The notes under the pieces were generated by a model. It was given only the letters and a program-made list of their open reading frames with translations. It made no database searches and had not been told where the DNA came from. 64,000 bases of DNA from Hormiphora californensis (Eukaryota > Animalia > Ctenophora). How positions within the stretch are numbered: the first letter of the stretch is position 1; each line of letters opens with the position of its first letter. The position numbers and the translations under genes were made by a program. The DNA lies in contig CM035357.1 of assembly GCA_020137815.1 (NCBI GenBank), positions 6,572,001 to 6,636,000 of the forward strand. Direction: 5' to 3'. Below are positions 1 to 12,200 of the stretch, one piece after another.

Positions 1-109
1 GTACGTGGTCAAAAAGTTATGAAAATTCAGTCGAAATACAAGAGTGTTTATAGTTAAAACAATCTTGCTCAGACACCACCGTACTGCTTTAAAAATGTAG
101 AGGGGCTGA

Positions 110-920
110 TATCTAGGGGGTATCTAGGAGAAGGAGGGGGACGAGAGGAGGGGGACGAGAGAAGGTGAATCCACCACCGACATAACCGCTGCTGGAAAGG
201 TCAACAGATATTCCGAAAACCACGGTTATAGGAAGGGGCCAGGGTGGAGAACCTTGAGTCGATGACAAAAGGTGGGTAACGTGGGTGACTGTCTGATAAC
301 TAAAGGAAGAGTTCCAATAGGACAAGGATCGATAGAAAAAGCTGTTACGGAAAGCAGCGCTAGATTTTACTGTTCATATGGAGCACGGTCACAGTTTCAG
401 GCGGCTGAAGTGCTAGAATGTTTAATAGAACAAAAAATAGTGGTGAAGTCGGGGGGGGGGGGGGGTGAAGTCAGTATTGTCAATAATATCTATGTTAGAT
501 CTTGTAAGATATGATACATCAAGGGCTGATTTGATATAAAAATAGTCAGAAAGTGAGACGGGTGCATAGGCAATCATCACTTTATAAAGTAACTTCATAT
601 CATTGAACTTGAATTGAAGGTGAATAGGTTAGGATCTTGTGGTAAGGTGACTGTGGTAGATCTCTAGCTAGTGAGGTGTGAGACACCCAGTACCCACTTG
701 ATTGACCTCATCCGAGCAGCTTCCAGTGAATCGAGCAACCCAACAGAGTGGGGAGCCCAAACTGGAGAGCAGTGCTCAAGAAGAGATCAAACCAAAGTAA
801 GAAACAGAACCTGGCGTTGATGAGAGTTAAGTGAGTTGTTCTAGGTCGAATCTGTCAAGGAAGCGTTCAAGAATTTGCTCCGTCTGGTCAGTCCATGAAA
901 GCTTGATATTGACAAGCACA
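110..920 (-). mobile_element. Decayed 3' fragment of a non-LTR retrotransposon (LINE) ORF2
   Basis: Interrupted minus-strand translation gives pieces typical of the LINE ORF2 C-terminus: SLLEHCSPVWAP (~755-790), IKWVLG (~685-703), FKFNDMKLLYKV (~577-615) and AFRNSFFYRSLSYWNS (~310-358). Stops and indels lie between them. Boundaries are approximate. Confidence 0.6.
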
Positions 921-947
921 CCCATAAAAATAAGCGGGTTAACTTAC

Positions 948-1894
948 CAATTTTATCACACTGTGGTATATCACTTGACCACGATCCGTCATCCTGACAA
1001 GTCAATGTTTTGCTCCCCATTATTATGATATGGTTGGCAGCACATTCAATTGTAACAATTGTCCCTGTTGGTGAGGTAGCCCACTCTCCTTGCATTGATC
1101 CCTCCACAGTGAAGGCTGGACACTCTGGTGCTGAATGGAAATAATATGTAGAGAAATTGGTGCGAGTTCTATAGCTTTGTTATGTAATTTACAGGTGATG
1201 TGCAGTTGTAGTTCATTGTAATTGAACCATATATACTACACCACTACAACACTATAATTATGCACAATACTAGTGGTTAAATCATTAAATTGAGACCCTT
1301 ACCTGCTCTGTAGAAGTCAGATGCTTCGTCAAGTTTGTGAAACTTGATCTTCTCCGCATCACCACCCCACCTTGTAACACAGCTGCTCTTTGGACTATCT
1401 GTGAACAGGTAGTTCAGCACCTCAACATTATTACATCTGATGATAAAGGCGGTCTCTGTTTTGGTGAACGTCCATATATTCTCCGCCCCAACCGGGGGCT
1501 CTACTGGCAGGTCTGGGTATACGCTGGGAGTGCAGTACTCTATATAATACTTCATTGTGGACATCACAGCCACCCAACTGATAGTTTTGCCGTCCGTACC
1601 ATATATATACAAATAGGTATTACCACCCTTTGTAGAGCCCGTCTTTATCTGGAAAGGTGTTCCCTCCAGGTCCCAGGGTATCATCACATCCTTCTCCACA
1701 GCTGTCCAGTCTGAAATACAATAATTAATATACTACATAACTACTAAAAGTAAAGTAAAACAAATACATTACACGTTTTATCATAAATTACAAAGCATCA
1801 AATATTTATTTAATATGCATGTAAAATTATGTGACGAACCTGTGAGAACAACTGTTCCACAGAGTGCAGCTGTGAAGAGAAGGAGACGTACCAT
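948..1894 (-). CDS. Secreted protein: signal peptide + uncharacterised ~135-aa domain + Sushi/CCP domain (3' end not found)
   Basis: Three phase-1 exons with GT-AG introns: 1894-1840 (MVRLLLFTAALCGTVVLT, signal peptide), 1710-1303 (DWTAVEKDVMIPWDLEGTPFQIKT...DEASDFYRA) and 1130-948 (PECPAFTVEGS...TIECAANH...LTCQDDGSWSSDIPQC, the four-Cys plus Trp Sushi pattern). Confidence 0.75.
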
Positions 1895-2782
1895 CACTTA
1901 TAACATAATAAATGAGAGTGTTAAGTAAACTTTTGACCTTTACTTGTCAGGCACTGACTGTAACATCTCGCAGTCGCACACTGAAATCACCCGGATGCTA
2001 TTGGCAAAATGGCAATATAAAGGGTTTAGAAATCTGTAACGGACATCTGTGACTACCTGCAGTAAGGGACCAGTGCTAAAGTGTGTTCAAAACATTCAAA
2101 AACCTCTGGCAGAGTGAATATAGATAGATCATTTGGGAATCCAGAGTTAAGGATAGAGCGAGATTTAGCTTGTTGTATAACAGTGGGCGCTTTAAGAGAA
2201 AATCATCGCTAACGTGTCAGCCAATGGTGTGCTAGAAAAAGGCGTGTGTTCCTCACGTGACAGCTTTTCAGCCAATTGGAGAAGGTAACGATGAGTACAC
2301 AATTACAGAGGCCAGCAAGGAGATGAATTTAAGAGAGGGAGAGCAGAATCGGCACTAGAGAGAGAGAGTGAGAGAGAGAGACATTCATAAACATTCATAA
2401 ATAAATTTAGTGTTGTACACAAAGTTTTAGCTCAAAGGGAGCCAACACTCAGATGACGTGGAAAGTCAGCAGGTTATAGTTTGCTGCGGGAACAGAGGGG
2501 CGCGACGTGCCCAACTACATAAGCTACTAGTACTAGTCGAGATCTTAGTCTTACCAGGGACCCCGACACCGGAAATTTCATTGATTTATCACTGGAAGTG
2601 CCCCTGACCTTGAACTTTTTGCAAAGTGAAAACTACTTTCTGAAACACCCTGTATATCCCCTTTCCATCTAAGAGGCGCCTTCAGCTTTTCTCTAGTATA
2701 CTATACCACCACCCAACCACCCTCTATCTACAATACCACCACCCTCCCCTCTATCTACAATACCACCACCCTCTATCTATAG

Positions 2783-4218
2783 GTACACAAGTGTGAAGAA
2801 GACGAGGAGTTTCTGAAGGAGCTGGAGAAGACCATGACTGCAGAGTTGAGTGACAGGAAGACCAACATGAGGGTGGGAAGCAGTGATCTAGCACTGCCCA
2901 TGAATAGGGGCTTCAAAGGTGTGTGTTAACTTCTGTGTCTCGTTGATAATCATACTACTTACTAAGCAAATTGTGTAACGGTGATCACCTAGCAACTACA
3001 CTTGCACGTGCAATTATTAGAGTGACCTGGAGAGCTCTCTCCCGGTTGAAGTTGGGAAATTCAATTCTGCACGTGCATTCTTTTACTTCTGTCCTGTCGA
3101 TGTCTAGCTCTTCCACCCCAAGCTCCACCCCAAGATTACGCCAACGTGTTCAAGCGAGCCAATCAACGACTACTGATAGCTTTACCCAACGTCACCCAAG
3201 GGTGATTACTCCAGTCGAATATAGAAATCTCCGAATCGGCTACATAGCGGCCAAGTTTTCACGTGATGAGTTTCTGGAACAGCACTGCACCTCCCTGACA
3301 TTGATCTCTTAAATTCGCACCTTGACATTGTCAGGAAGCCCAGAGCGTACAACAACATGGGTAGGGAGAAAGTGAGAGATAGGCTAGGAACGGATGGTGC
3401 AGGTGATGTCAGCGTTCCCTAATCAAGCTACCATTTCCCCGAAATTCGCCCGTAGGGCGAACGGGCCTACTAGTTAACATTAAATGCAGTTTGCAATATT
3501 ATGAAGGAATATTTCTGACCCTTTACTATTCTCCAGGACCTAAGATAGACGGTAACAAAATGCAGTTTAGTGTTTTACTGAAGAAGGGCTCAAAACAACA
3601 ATTCAAACCGATGGGTAAGTTATCAGCAGTAGCGGAAAGTCAGGATCGTGGAGTGAGGGGACGGGACACACGACAATAAATTTGTATTGATCAGCCCCTC
3701 ATATCCATCCGTTCTAACACACATCAATTATCTCCACCAGGTATCCCGCTGGAGTCTGACTTTGCCAGTAATCTGTATGACAAGCAGAAGGCGGTGCTAA
3801 AGGAGAAGGAGGAGCTGAAGAGACTGGTACTAAGTCAGGAACAACGCCAAGAGGAGGAGGAACTATTGGTAAGATATTGGGGGGGGGGGAGTTATTGGTA
3901 GGTGTTGAGAGTAACTAGGGAAGTGTTACTGGGTATTATATTTGACCCTATCATGTGACTAGGGACACTTGCCTTGCTAGTGCTTTAAAAAGGGGTTCGA
4001 ACAAAACAAAGAACCCCTTCCTCTCTCCCTATTACCAATTACCCCCTTCCTCCCTCCCTATTACCCCCATCTCACAGGCGGAGGAACTAGAGTGTGGTGC
4101 AGGAGGTGGAGGAGGGTCAACAAGGAACTGGGGCTACACAGCACGACCCGCTGACCGGAAACAAAGACCAAGAAAAGCACCACAACTCACGACTGAGATG
4201 TTTAATTTTAGTCGGTGA
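2783..4218 (+). CDS. UPF2: Regulator of nonsense transcripts 2 (UPF2), last four coding exons
   Basis: Exons 2783-2918, 3537-3614, 3741-3868 and 4078-4218 splice to VHKCEEDEEFLKELEKTM...DLALPM...MQFSVLLKKGSKQQFKPMGIPLESDFASNL...EKEELKRLVL...RQEEEE. This matches the UPF1-binding C-terminal region of UPF2. Upstream exons are not seen in the window. Confidence 0.88.
2950..3473 (+). mobile_element. Non-autonomous Helitron in a UPF2 intron
   Basis: 5' A|TC start (tcatactacttactaagcaaatt), 3' hairpin ttcgcccgtagggcgaa followed by CTAG|T, and no TSD. Confidence 0.7.
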
Positions 4219-4488
4219 CAGTTTTAATATTTTTAACCACAATATATACATTATACATGCAAGAAGTGCTTTTGTTTTCAGCCCCCCGTTTTGGGCTAAA
4301 TTGTGCTGTTGAGATGTCAGACCATGGGCCTCTCCTTTGTTTCCGACCCCGTAAAAATTGGTTCCAAACATTCCGAATCTGTCGTGTTTTATTTTGTTAT
4401 GGTTTAGCGTGAATATCTCACAAGGTGACTACCAAAGAGGCACCGGTTGATGAAATTGGGACCGTAAATTGGTGTGGAACCAACTTCC

Positions 4489-6210
4489 CACGGCGTGCCT
4501 GGTGAAACTTTAACACGACCTAGCATGCTACGGGAAACCACCACTTGTACGTGGTAGCTGAGGGTCTACAGAATGGCGCTACGGTGCGGGAAAAAACATT
4601 CCATTGCCTAAAATCTTTTTTTTTACTTTTATTTGATTTGGGTCAAAATTGGCTATATTAAACGTGGTCCCGAAAAATCCATGATGACTTAGCACACGAA
4701 ATATGTCACCCCCACCTATTTTTGCACGTAGAATCGATTGCCGTTGAAGTCGAATCTCTAAAATGACTGTAAAATGGTCAAAAGTTGATTTTTTACCATT
4801 TTTTGGAGGTTTTTGGCCCCTAAACCATTGAAAACGTTGAGATAGGAATTTGAAACTAGTGCCAATCGTTAAAATGGTCATTTTTCTACTAAGAACCAAG
4901 TTTTCGTGTATATCCGATTTATGGTTAGATTTGGGCAAATTGTTGAAATCTGCCAACTAGGAGAACCGTAACTTGATTTTCTTGTTTTTTGGATTTTGGC
5001 ATTTTTTACAAACTTCTGATTGAAATGGTCAATCGGGACCATGCTTAAGTTGTTTATGGGACGATTTTCGACTAAAATCCAAGATTTCATGCCAATCCAA
5101 TAACAGATCGTTGATTTATAGAAAATTTAAGTAGGCAAAACGGTCAAAATAACAACTTTTCTTGCTTATTTTGACCGTTTTGCCTACGCAAATTTTCTAT
5201 AAATCAACGATCTGTTATTGGATTGGTATGAAATCTTGGATTTTAGTCGAAAATCGTCCCATAAACAACTTAAGCATGGTCCCGATTGACCATTTCAATC
5301 AGAAGTTTGTCAAAAATGCCAAAATCCAAAAAACAAGAAAATCAAGGTAGGCGGTAAATGTTAACCAGATCTGAGAGAAAACGTACGTGCAAAACCACGT
5401 TTTTGTCCATAACTCAGTCATTTCTTGACCAATTTGCAAAATCTTGGGCGCGTTGGAAAGAGGACATTTAGGTCTTTCAAATGAGCCTAATAAAACTAAA
5501 ATCGGCGCAAAATGCGCGGCGTCATGGCGCAAAATGCGCGTTTTCGCCACCACGCCGCGCATTTTGCGCCGATTTTAGTTTAATTAGGCTCATTTGAAAG
5601 AGCTCAAAGTCCTCTTTCCAATGAGCCAAAGATTTTGCAAATTGGTCAAGAAATGGCTGAGTTATGGGCAAAAACGTGCGAAATTCTCACAGATCTGGTT
5701 AACATTTACCGCCTACCGAAAATCAAGTTACGGTTCTCCTAGTTGGCAGATTTCAACAATTTGCCCAAATCTAACCATAAATCGGATATAGACGAAAACT
5801 TGGTTCTTGGTAGAAAAATGACCATTTTAACGATTGGCACTAGTTTCAAATTCCTATCTCAACGTTTTCAATGGTTTAGGGGCCAAAAACCTCCAAAAAA
5901 TGGTAAAAAATCAACTTTTGACCATTTTACAGTCATTTTAGAGATTCGACTTCAACGGCAATCGATTCTACGTGCAAAAATAGGTGGGGGTGACATATTT
6001 CGTGTGCTAAGTCATCATGGATTTTTCGGGACCACGTTTAATATAGCCAATTTTGACCCAAATCAAATAAAAGTAAAAAAAAAGATTTTAGGCAATGGAA
6101 TGTTTTTTCCCGCACCGTAGCGCCATTCTGTAGACCCTCAGCTACCACGTACAAGTGGTGGTTTCCCGTAGCATGCTAGGTCGTGTTAAAGTTTCACCAG
6201 GCACGCCGTG
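4489..6210. mobile_element. Non-autonomous foldback DNA transposon, Chapaev/CMC-like, with ~490-bp TIRs
   Basis: Ends are CACGGCGTGCCTGG... and ...CCAGGCACGCCGTG, with TTCC directly on both flanks (4-bp TSD). Arms 4489-~4980 and ~5719-6210 are near-perfect inverted repeats. No transposase is present. Confidence 0.8.
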
Positions 6211-6470
6211 TTCCCCGTCCTATCCGGTCACACTCACACTCACACACCCAGACACGACGCGCGGCTCTAAAATTGGAGCGGTCTCGCGCGAGAAACCCTA
6301 CTTTTTGAGAGCCGCGCGTGCTCAATAATCAAAGACAACTGTGTGACAAAGGTTGGGGCAAACACAAAATCGTAAAACACAGTACAAAAAACAAAAAGCG
6401 GAGGAAAAACAGCTCATTCTCTCACTATATAAATCAGTTAAAAACAATGAATCACAATATAATGAAAATG

Positions 6471-8987
6471 CTACAAATGAAGAATAGAAATACGAGCCTG
6501 ACCGGAGGTCGATGCGGTTAAACATAATTTACTAGAGTAGGGCACACTAACATCAACAGTGAAAACACCCTCAACTCCCAAATTAAACTCCTCTCTCCAC
6601 GTATCAGTCCTATACACCCTCACACAGTTCCTTCCCACTCACTATCACACAATCTCCATCTAGCACAAAATCACTTCCATAAATCCCCCTACCAAGTGAT
6701 TCAGGGAACTCAATAGTCTTGATACACTGTGAGATAGGACTAGGTTTTCCACTGCTTTCAAGACACCCCTTGAACAACTATACACATGTAGCTCATCTTG
6801 ACTGAATGCTACAGTTGTGACTGGATGATGATGTGCCTGCCAGCCCATAATACACTGGATACTCAGAATACACTCGTATCATACCATCACTAGCCCCTGT
6901 CACTAACAAGTTACCATTATGGTTGAATGCGGTACACAGGACAGCACAGGGTAGTGGTGAGATATCGAGTGAGGTTACAACCTCACAGGACCTTCAGATC
7001 CCATACTAATACCTCGTGGGTAGTGTCATCTGTACCGCTGCTCACTAGATGGTTACCAGAACTGGCAAGGGATACAATTCTCAGTCCTGGGGTCGGGTGG
7101 ACTAGTTCTTGGGTTTGTCTCCTATTCCCGATATTCAGCTTCCTGATTCGACTCTCTGTCGTGCCGATATAAAGTAGTTTGTCCTGTTTTTGGGACCACA
7201 GTAGGGACGCCACGGGGCAGTGAATTGTATGAAGTGTTCTGATCTCGGGTGAGAATGTCCACACTTTTAGGATCCCAGCAGTGTCAGCGCTAACACAAAA
7301 CATGCCCCCTCTAGAGAATAGGGCCCCAAGGAGGGGCGAGGAGTGGTCGGTGTAGTGTATCATGTCATCCCTCACTCCCCCTGATACTATAAAGAAATCC
7401 TCTGCTATATCTAGATCCGACCTGAGTAGAGAGAAAGAGGGGTGAGGAGGGGGAATTATTATGTGTGGTGGTGGATTTCTAATTATTGGTAAAACAAGAA
7501 CTAGAAACAGTCCTTGTTTCCTAAATTCCTAACATGTACCTGGTAACTATTTTGGTACTTCCAATACCACGTGACTCCTCCAGTACACCACCCAGTGTTC
7601 CCCCTCCTCCTGCTACCCCTCCTGATCCACCTACTGTTCCAGTCCCCTGGGGTCCACCTATTGAGGATATGCTGGTACTGTCTTGGAGCTTCATCTTTAA
7701 CACACTCACCTAGGGAAATGGGGTTGGTAATTAGTTAGGGGGATGTAATGGTATTATCATCTCTTTTTTAGGACACAACTACCGGAGTTTTAACACATTA
7801 TGTCTTCCTAAATATAGCCAAAGATTACTGTCTAGAAGGATTGTAACCTACCTCCCTCTGGAGCTGTTGTTTTTCCTCTTTCTCCTCACTGGACCCTCTC
7901 AACAAAGCGGGCAGGGGTACTGCATCCAGGACAGTGCTGATAAAGTTCTGTAGGGACATGTGGAGGTTGTCCAGCCATACCCGACTGAGAGGAGAGAAGG
8001 GTGTTAGGGGGAGGGTTCAAGATTGGAGAGGGTAGATTTACATTGAGAGCGGCTCAATTAGACTGGTCCAACTTACTGGAAGTAAGGTTCAAATATTGGG
8101 TTAGTTTCAGGGTTCTTGGTGAATGGGAAGGCAAACCAGTCCCTCCAGCTCTCTCTGTTACCCCAGCTGTCAAACTGTTCAAAGAACTCAGTGACCTTGT
8201 CAGATTTCTGGGATTGGTGTGCGTACACGATGTAATACCTGCGAGGGGGAGGCTCAACAATTAATTGGAAGCAGAAAACAAAATTTAACTCAGATTGTGG
8301 GAATTCATGATAAGCTCACAAATAAAACCAGTGGTTACAAAGATGAGACCACATCACACTTGCTAAGTAAAAGTTACCGAAAGAGGTATGTTTCCAGCCT
8401 GACGAGAGTGTTAACCACACTAGTACTCGGTATACGCTTGAAGAATCTCTTGTTTAGATACCCCCAGTAGTCTTTCAAACCTATCAAATCGTATCTGTAA
8501 TGAGAAACAGTGTTACTGAATATCTGTAATGAGAAACAGTGTTACATAATTGTCGAATAATCCCTAATTTCACAACTTATGGAGAATAAATTGTAGCATG
8601 CTAATAAAATTCCCCCAACATTAATAAACTAAACAGTAGACAGGTTCCTACCGACAACTAAGATAACTTACTGGTGAACGAATGAGAGGAGGTGATCTGT
8701 TATTTTGTCAGCTCTCATGTTCCTGTCTTTATCATACTTCATCTCAGTATCAAGGGACTGAGCTGTCTTTGTGAAACCCCTGTAATAGCACAATTTTAGG
8801 GCTACACTAAATGTGTGAAGGGTACAAAGATAAACAGGAGACTCTAGAGAAATGATGAAACCATCATGAAATGACGAGTTAAAACAGGAACACAACCAAA
8901 CAGAACTAGTAACTAAAACCTGCCTACTAACCTGTATAAGAGGTATTCTCTGACCATGTGATCCATGATGACACAAGATCGAGCCAT
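6471..8987 (-). CDS. WDR91: WD repeat-containing protein 91 (multi-exon; frameshifts in the last exon)
   Basis: Spliced N-terminus [19 protein letters not shown]|[18 protein letters not shown]...KITDHLL...[13 protein letters not shown]...[11 protein letters not shown] motif [23 protein letters not shown], and C-terminus VFTVDVS...[17 protein letters not shown]. Confidence 0.9.
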
Positions 8988-9209
8988 TCTATCCCCGATA
9001 CCTACACTATAATTATACAGGGGAGATGTTAATATACTGGGTCCCTCTACACAGGGGGGACTGTGGCAGCTAGAGATGGGGCAAGTAAAACTAGAGGTTG
9101 TTCGGTGAAACGGCTTTTCATACAACTAAGCTTGAAATATATATATAACATTTTAAAAACTAACAATACATTACAAAGGGTGTGTCACAGTTAAAATCCG
9201 AGATTCATC

Positions 9210-12200
9210 TCATCTCTTACCAATAACAGATACATCACAATTGAAAAGTTTTCCCTTTCCTTTCTTTGCCACTACGGGGGTACTAGCTACAGCTTGTTTC
9301 TCTTGTACAGCTGGTGCAGCAGTACTAGCCACGTTCTCCTTTCCATCCCGTTTACCTGACAACAATTCAGCAACACTCTTTCTAGATTTCCCTGATTTCC
9401 CAGGTACAACCTTCCCAGGAAAGGGAGTCGAAGCAACTTTAGGTTCAAATGTCACATTTCCTAGCCAGGCTGTCTCTATGCTGCGACGTTTAGGTGCCGG
9501 GGATTCAGTCACTATCTCATACCCTGATTCAGCCTCTTTGGCACGCTTCCTAACGATTTGATCAGTTTGCGTGCTAACGAGAATTTCCTCCTTACGTTTC
9601 AGCCTTCCAAAGTTCAACTTTGGACGCCCTTTAGGCTGCTTGAAAGCAACCGGAACTTTGGTAGAGGTAGGTGGTACCTTGGAAGATGTAGGTAGGACTT
9701 CAGAAGATGCAGTTGGGACTTCAGAAGATGTAGAAGGTGGCAGTTGGGGTGCTGCAGCTGACTTGGTAGGTGGATCTTTTGAGATGGGTGCTGGTTCAGA
9801 AACAGGTGTTGGCAATGGGCCAGGTACAGTTGGTTCAGCTGGTTCAGGTAAATCTGGAGGAGGAGTTTTAGCGTCTTTCACAACTGCCTCGGGTTTCAGC
9901 TGTGTCTGAGATATTGGATTGGATTTCTCAACAGTTTCTGGTTGTGAGTTTGAGATGTTTTCACCAGGTGGTTTCTGTTTAGTTTCTGATGATGTAGGCT
10001 CCTTATCTTGTGAGGGCGGAGGGGTTAGTTTCTTCTTGGATTTCAGCATATTAAACACAAACATGGCTTCTTTCTGTTAGAGTCCAAAGGCTTTGTATCA
10101 TCACTACTGGCCACCTCTTTCTTTTCACAAGCTTCTTGTAACGTCACGTCAGCTTTCGTTGCAGCGGATGGTTTAGGTTCAGTCTTGTTTTCCCTCATGT
10201 CTCTTATCCAAGACTGGATTTATCCAGTGTGGTCTCCACCTTTTTCCTCCGATCACTCCGTTTACCCTTGTTCCTACTTTGTTCCATCCTCTCCATTCCT
10301 CCTCTTTACCATATTCTTCCAGCGATTCAGCAGGCGGGGGAGGTTGTGGTTTTGCAGGCTGTTTACCAACTACCACTATCTTCTTCTTCTCAGGTTTCTG
10401 TGGGGAGAGAGACACATCCACCATGTGAACTGAGGCGTTTGGGTTGTGTAGAGTCTTGCCAACACGTCTCTTGGTAGCATCTCTGGTTGTCATAGAGACA
10501 TGTTGTGGTGCATCTCTAGTTGTCATAGAGACGTGTTGTGGTGGAGAGGTAGAAGAAACGACTGGTTGGGAGACTTGTTGGGAAGAAGCAGCAGGATGGG
10601 GGACTTGCTGGGGAACATCAGTAACTGGTGCATTAGGAGATTCTTCCGGTGAGCTACTTTTAGTTGCAACTACCGGAACATCATGTTGAGAATCTTCTTC
10701 TGTGGTTGGTAGAGAGTTCACTTCCGTCTCTACAGTGGCAGTATGGGAAGGAGACCCAGGAGCTCCATTTTGAGATGACTCTACTTGATCCCCGGGCACC
10801 ATTTCTTCCTCTTCCAGAGGTTCTATAGGAGCTTCACTAGGTGATACCTCCCTGGGTGGAGGAAGAGAGATAGACTGTCTCATTGTTTGTCCAACTTTAC
10901 TCCTATTTATAGCATCTCGTACCAACTTTGTCAGATCTTTATGTTTTGAGGGTGTCTTGAAGAGCCGTTTAACCAAGTTCTGCGAAGATGCGTCCTGGGG
11001 CTGCACCCTACCTCCTCTAACAGGGGTTGGAGCAGAGAAGAATGGAGAGTGGAGGATAGTTGAGGGTGCAATGAGACCTCTAATCCCCGGGGTTTCACTT
11101 CCCCCAAAGTTCCTCATAAAGCTACCCTCCGCTCCATCCCCTCCGTCCTCCTTCTCCAACTCTGAAATATCAAACTGAACCTCAGACAATAACTGTTCAT
11201 CAGCAGTTTCACAAACTTCCGCAATCTCTGACTTGTAGTCGGAGAGGAAGGATGCTAAGAACTGAGATAACTCTCGCTGAAGCGGGGATTTCAACTCCTT
11301 CAACTTGCTCCTTAGTGATGTGATAATGGGGAAACAATTTTCAACAAAATTCCGCTTTACAATGACGGATATGACTTTTGTTTGAGCTTGAATCGCTTCC
11401 ACCTGTTCATCTCCTTCATCAAAGTCATTATTAGGACGAGTTTTCAGGGACTTTAACTTCAGAAGGGGCGACCGAAGAATCCAAAGAGCATCCTCAAGAA
11501 CAGGTTTTTGATCGTCTGTTATTGGTGAATCGTCCGTGATGAACATACCCAAAATGTCCTTACACACCCTCCCTGAAATTCCTAGTTTTTGTTGGTCATC
11601 AAACTTTTGAAGTAAGACTTTGTAGATAGCACGACGCTTCTTAGGATCTGCTGGTGAGGAGAACTTGATGAGATTCGGCTCAGTAGACTGGATCAACTCA
11701 ATCTTCCCGTTGGAGAAGAACACCGCCTCAACAAGGAAATCGTAGAAAGTGCTGGGGAACCGGACTAGGATGATATTAGTGAGACACAGCTCACATAACC
11801 TTCTGATCTCAATATTATCATGGACTAGATTAGAGAGAAACTTGAACACCGTCCCACTCCTCCACTTCAGATAGTCAGCTTGAAGAAGTTTGGAATGTAG
11901 AATGAGAGATTGCCGCCGGACCATATCACTCTCATCACCCAAGGTGTCAGTTAGACAGTGAGTGTAGTCTGTAACTAGGGTGGGGTATCTCACCACCAAA
12001 TCACCCAGAATCACCAGACAGTTGTTCCGAACCTCTGCACTCTCGTCCATCCCTAGCAACCGACTTAGCAACAGGACCGCGTCCTTAGCAATCGGTTCAT
12101 CTACCAGTGAGATCTTGCCAAGAGCAAGAACAGCATGAGACCGGACCATTGTTGAAAATGTCTCAGCACTCACAAGAATTTCCTTTAACGCCAGTACTGC

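Noticed and set aside
4579-6120. Twin 125-aa ORFs (4579-4956 minus, 5743-6120 plus) and twin MKSWILVENRP ORFs
   Set aside because: They are mirror readings of the inverted repeats of a non-coding element and have no transposase motifs.
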